Source: Octopus sinensis (Eukaryota). From it: DNA of 64,000 nt. The notes beneath the pieces were generated by a model. That model was not told where the DNA came from. It saw only the letters and a list, made by a program, of their open reading frames with translations, and made no database searches. Position 1 is the stretch's first letter, and each line of letters opens with the position of its first letter. Positions 62,069 through 64,000 of this stretch are shown in pieces. The position numbers were made by a program, and so were the translations under genes. The stretch covers positions 31,620,001 to 31,684,000 of the forward strand of contig NC_043015.1 in assembly GCF_006345805.1 (NCBI RefSeq), in the 5' to 3' direction.

Positions 62069-63945
62069 CTTGTTTCAGCTCAGAGCTGCGGCCATGCTGA
62101 TGCACCGCCGTTTTGTGCTACACTGTTATTATGAAGAACCTCGTCTAATATGTGACACTTGGTGAAGAATGGAGTTTGATATAGCTACTCTCATTTGCAC
62201 CTCTTGCCGTGAGGTAGGTTCATCTGGGACTCTTGACAGGAAGATGTCCAGCTTTGATTTAAAAACCGCTACATCTACTTTGTGCAAGTTCCTCAGACTC
62301 TTTGGGAGAATATTAAAAAGCTGTGGGCCCTTGAAACCCAGGCTGTTGCAGAAACTGGTCCTGAAGCGTGATGGCATTGCTGGGATCTTTGGCACTATGC
62401 AGTGTCGTCCCGTTCTAGCATTGGTGTAGCTTACAATGCCAAAATTTGGCATAATTCCTTCCAGGATCTTCCAGACATATATTACTGCATACCTCTCCCG
62501 TCTTCTCTCCAGGGAGTAGAGTCTTAGCTGTTTCAACCTTTCCCAGTAGCTGAGCTGTTGCAAAGAGACGATCTTCTTTGTGAATCTTCTCTGGATTGCT
62601 TCAAGGTCCGCTGTTAATTTTACGCTGGTGGGTGACCATAGCTGTGAGCAGTAATCCAGGCAGCTGAGGACGAATGTCCGCCAGAGGACCATCATGGTTT
62701 CCTTATCTCTGGTTCTGAATGTTCTTAGGATCCACCCAGCCAGTCGTCTGCACTTTGTCACCATCCTGGTAATGTGCACTTGGAAAGAGGTATCATCACT
62801 CATGTCGATACCCAGGTCCCTCACAGACATAGGCTCTGGGATTGAAATTCCCTGTGGACCGGTGTATCCTGTTTAATATTCAGTTTTGGATGCTGGTAGC
62901 GCAGGGCCTGGAATTTTTCAGCATTAAACTGCATATTATTATCCTCAGCCCATCTGTAGATTGAGTCCAACTCCTGCTGCAGGTGTGCAACATCGCTGGG
63001 GTTCTGTATTTTCTGCGAGACTTTCGTATCGTCTGCATAGCTGGCCAGAGTGGCTATCCGGGCATATCTGAGAGGGCCACTATAAAAAGCAGTGGTCCCA
63101 AGACAGTGCCCTGTGGAACACCGCTCACTATTTGTGTGTTCATAGAGGTGGCTCCATTAACCACTACTGCCTGACTCCTATCTTTCAGGAAGTCATGTAA
63201 CCACACTCCAAGTTTTCCAACTATGCCGAGGTCACGCAGTTTGTGGCATATCATACCATGATCCACCTTGTCAAAAGCTTTTGCAAAATCAAGGTAGATT
63301 ACGTCCACATTTGATTTGTTGAGTAACTGCCTCAACACCCAGTCATAATGTTGTAAGAGCTGTGTCAGGCAGCTCCTACCTGGTCGAAAACCATGCTGGG
63401 TATCACTCAGCAAGTTATTTTCCTCAAGGAATGCGATTAGTTTCTTTCTGACTATCCGTTCCATGACTTTGCTGATATGTGAAGTCAGAGAGATGGGCCT
63501 ATAGTTTTTGGCATCTGCTCTACTTCCCCCTTTATGTATTGGGCATATTATTCCCTCCTTCAGCTTGCTTGGCAGTTTACCATTCGCAAGAAAGCTCTGG
63601 AAGAGAATCTTGAGGGGTTTTGCCAGGGCATGCTTACACGCTTTGAGGAGGATGGCTGGGAAACCATCTGGACCAGCAGGTGAGTTTGTGTCCACTTCAT
63701 CTATAGCTAGTAGGACATCTTTTTCGCTAATGTCAATACATTCTATTGTAACCGCCTCGCTGGTTATAGGTGAGGCGGCAAAGAAGTCCACTGGTTCGTT
63801 CACTTGTCTGTGTTCCAATGGGGTGGTAAAGACACTTTTGAACTGGTCATTCAGCATCTCACTGATCTTAGTTGGACTGTCTGTGAGGGAGCCATCCTTT
63901 TGGAGGAGGGGTCCTATCTTGCAATGCACAGACGGTCAGTAGCGA
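62069..63945 (-). mobile_element. CR1-like LINE ORF2 (RT) 3' half with 3' UTR; two frameshifts
   Basis: AGPDG, NYRPISLTS, QHGFRPGRSC, YLDFAKAFDKVDH, SGVPQGTVLGPLLF, frameshift, YADDTK, LDYCSQLWSP, LYSLERRRER. Confidence 0.92.
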
Positions 63946-64000
63946 CACCTGCTGAGTCTGACTACGCTGCATTGATAAAGGGCAACAACCCTGAAACCTG

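Overview
Eukaryotic, AT-rich, microsatellite- and transposon-dense DNA. The repeat landscape resembles a coleoid cephalopod (Octopus-like) genome, which is an inference. The only host genes I can support are two intact 9-exon paralogues of lysosomal Pro-X carboxypeptidase (PRCP, peptidase family S28), arranged head-to-head with 6.0 kb between start codons. PRCP-A is on the minus strand (28842-13444, 496 aa) and PRCP-B on the plus strand (34843-56660, 494 aa). I spliced both by hand: all introns are GT-AG and the phases match. PRCP-B looks like the derived copy. It has Tyr instead of Trp next to the catalytic Asp (DPW>DPY), a strongly diverged cap region, two fewer N-glycosylation sequons and a mutated M-box/CLEAR-like promoter motif. 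Its intron 8 has grown to 9.7 kb. That intron holds two non-coding repeat families (about 545-nt and about 427-nt monomers), each monomer carrying a minimal type-I hammerhead ribozyme motif, in tandem plus inverted arrangements typical of Penelope pLTRs or retrozymes. Further degenerate hammerhead motifs are scattered through the window. The rest is tRNA-derived SINEs, CR1/RTE/Penelope/Gypsy/Tc1-mariner remnants, MITEs with 6-bp TSDs, solo LTRs, minisatellites and microsatellites. Most ORFs in the supplied track are repeat artefacts.
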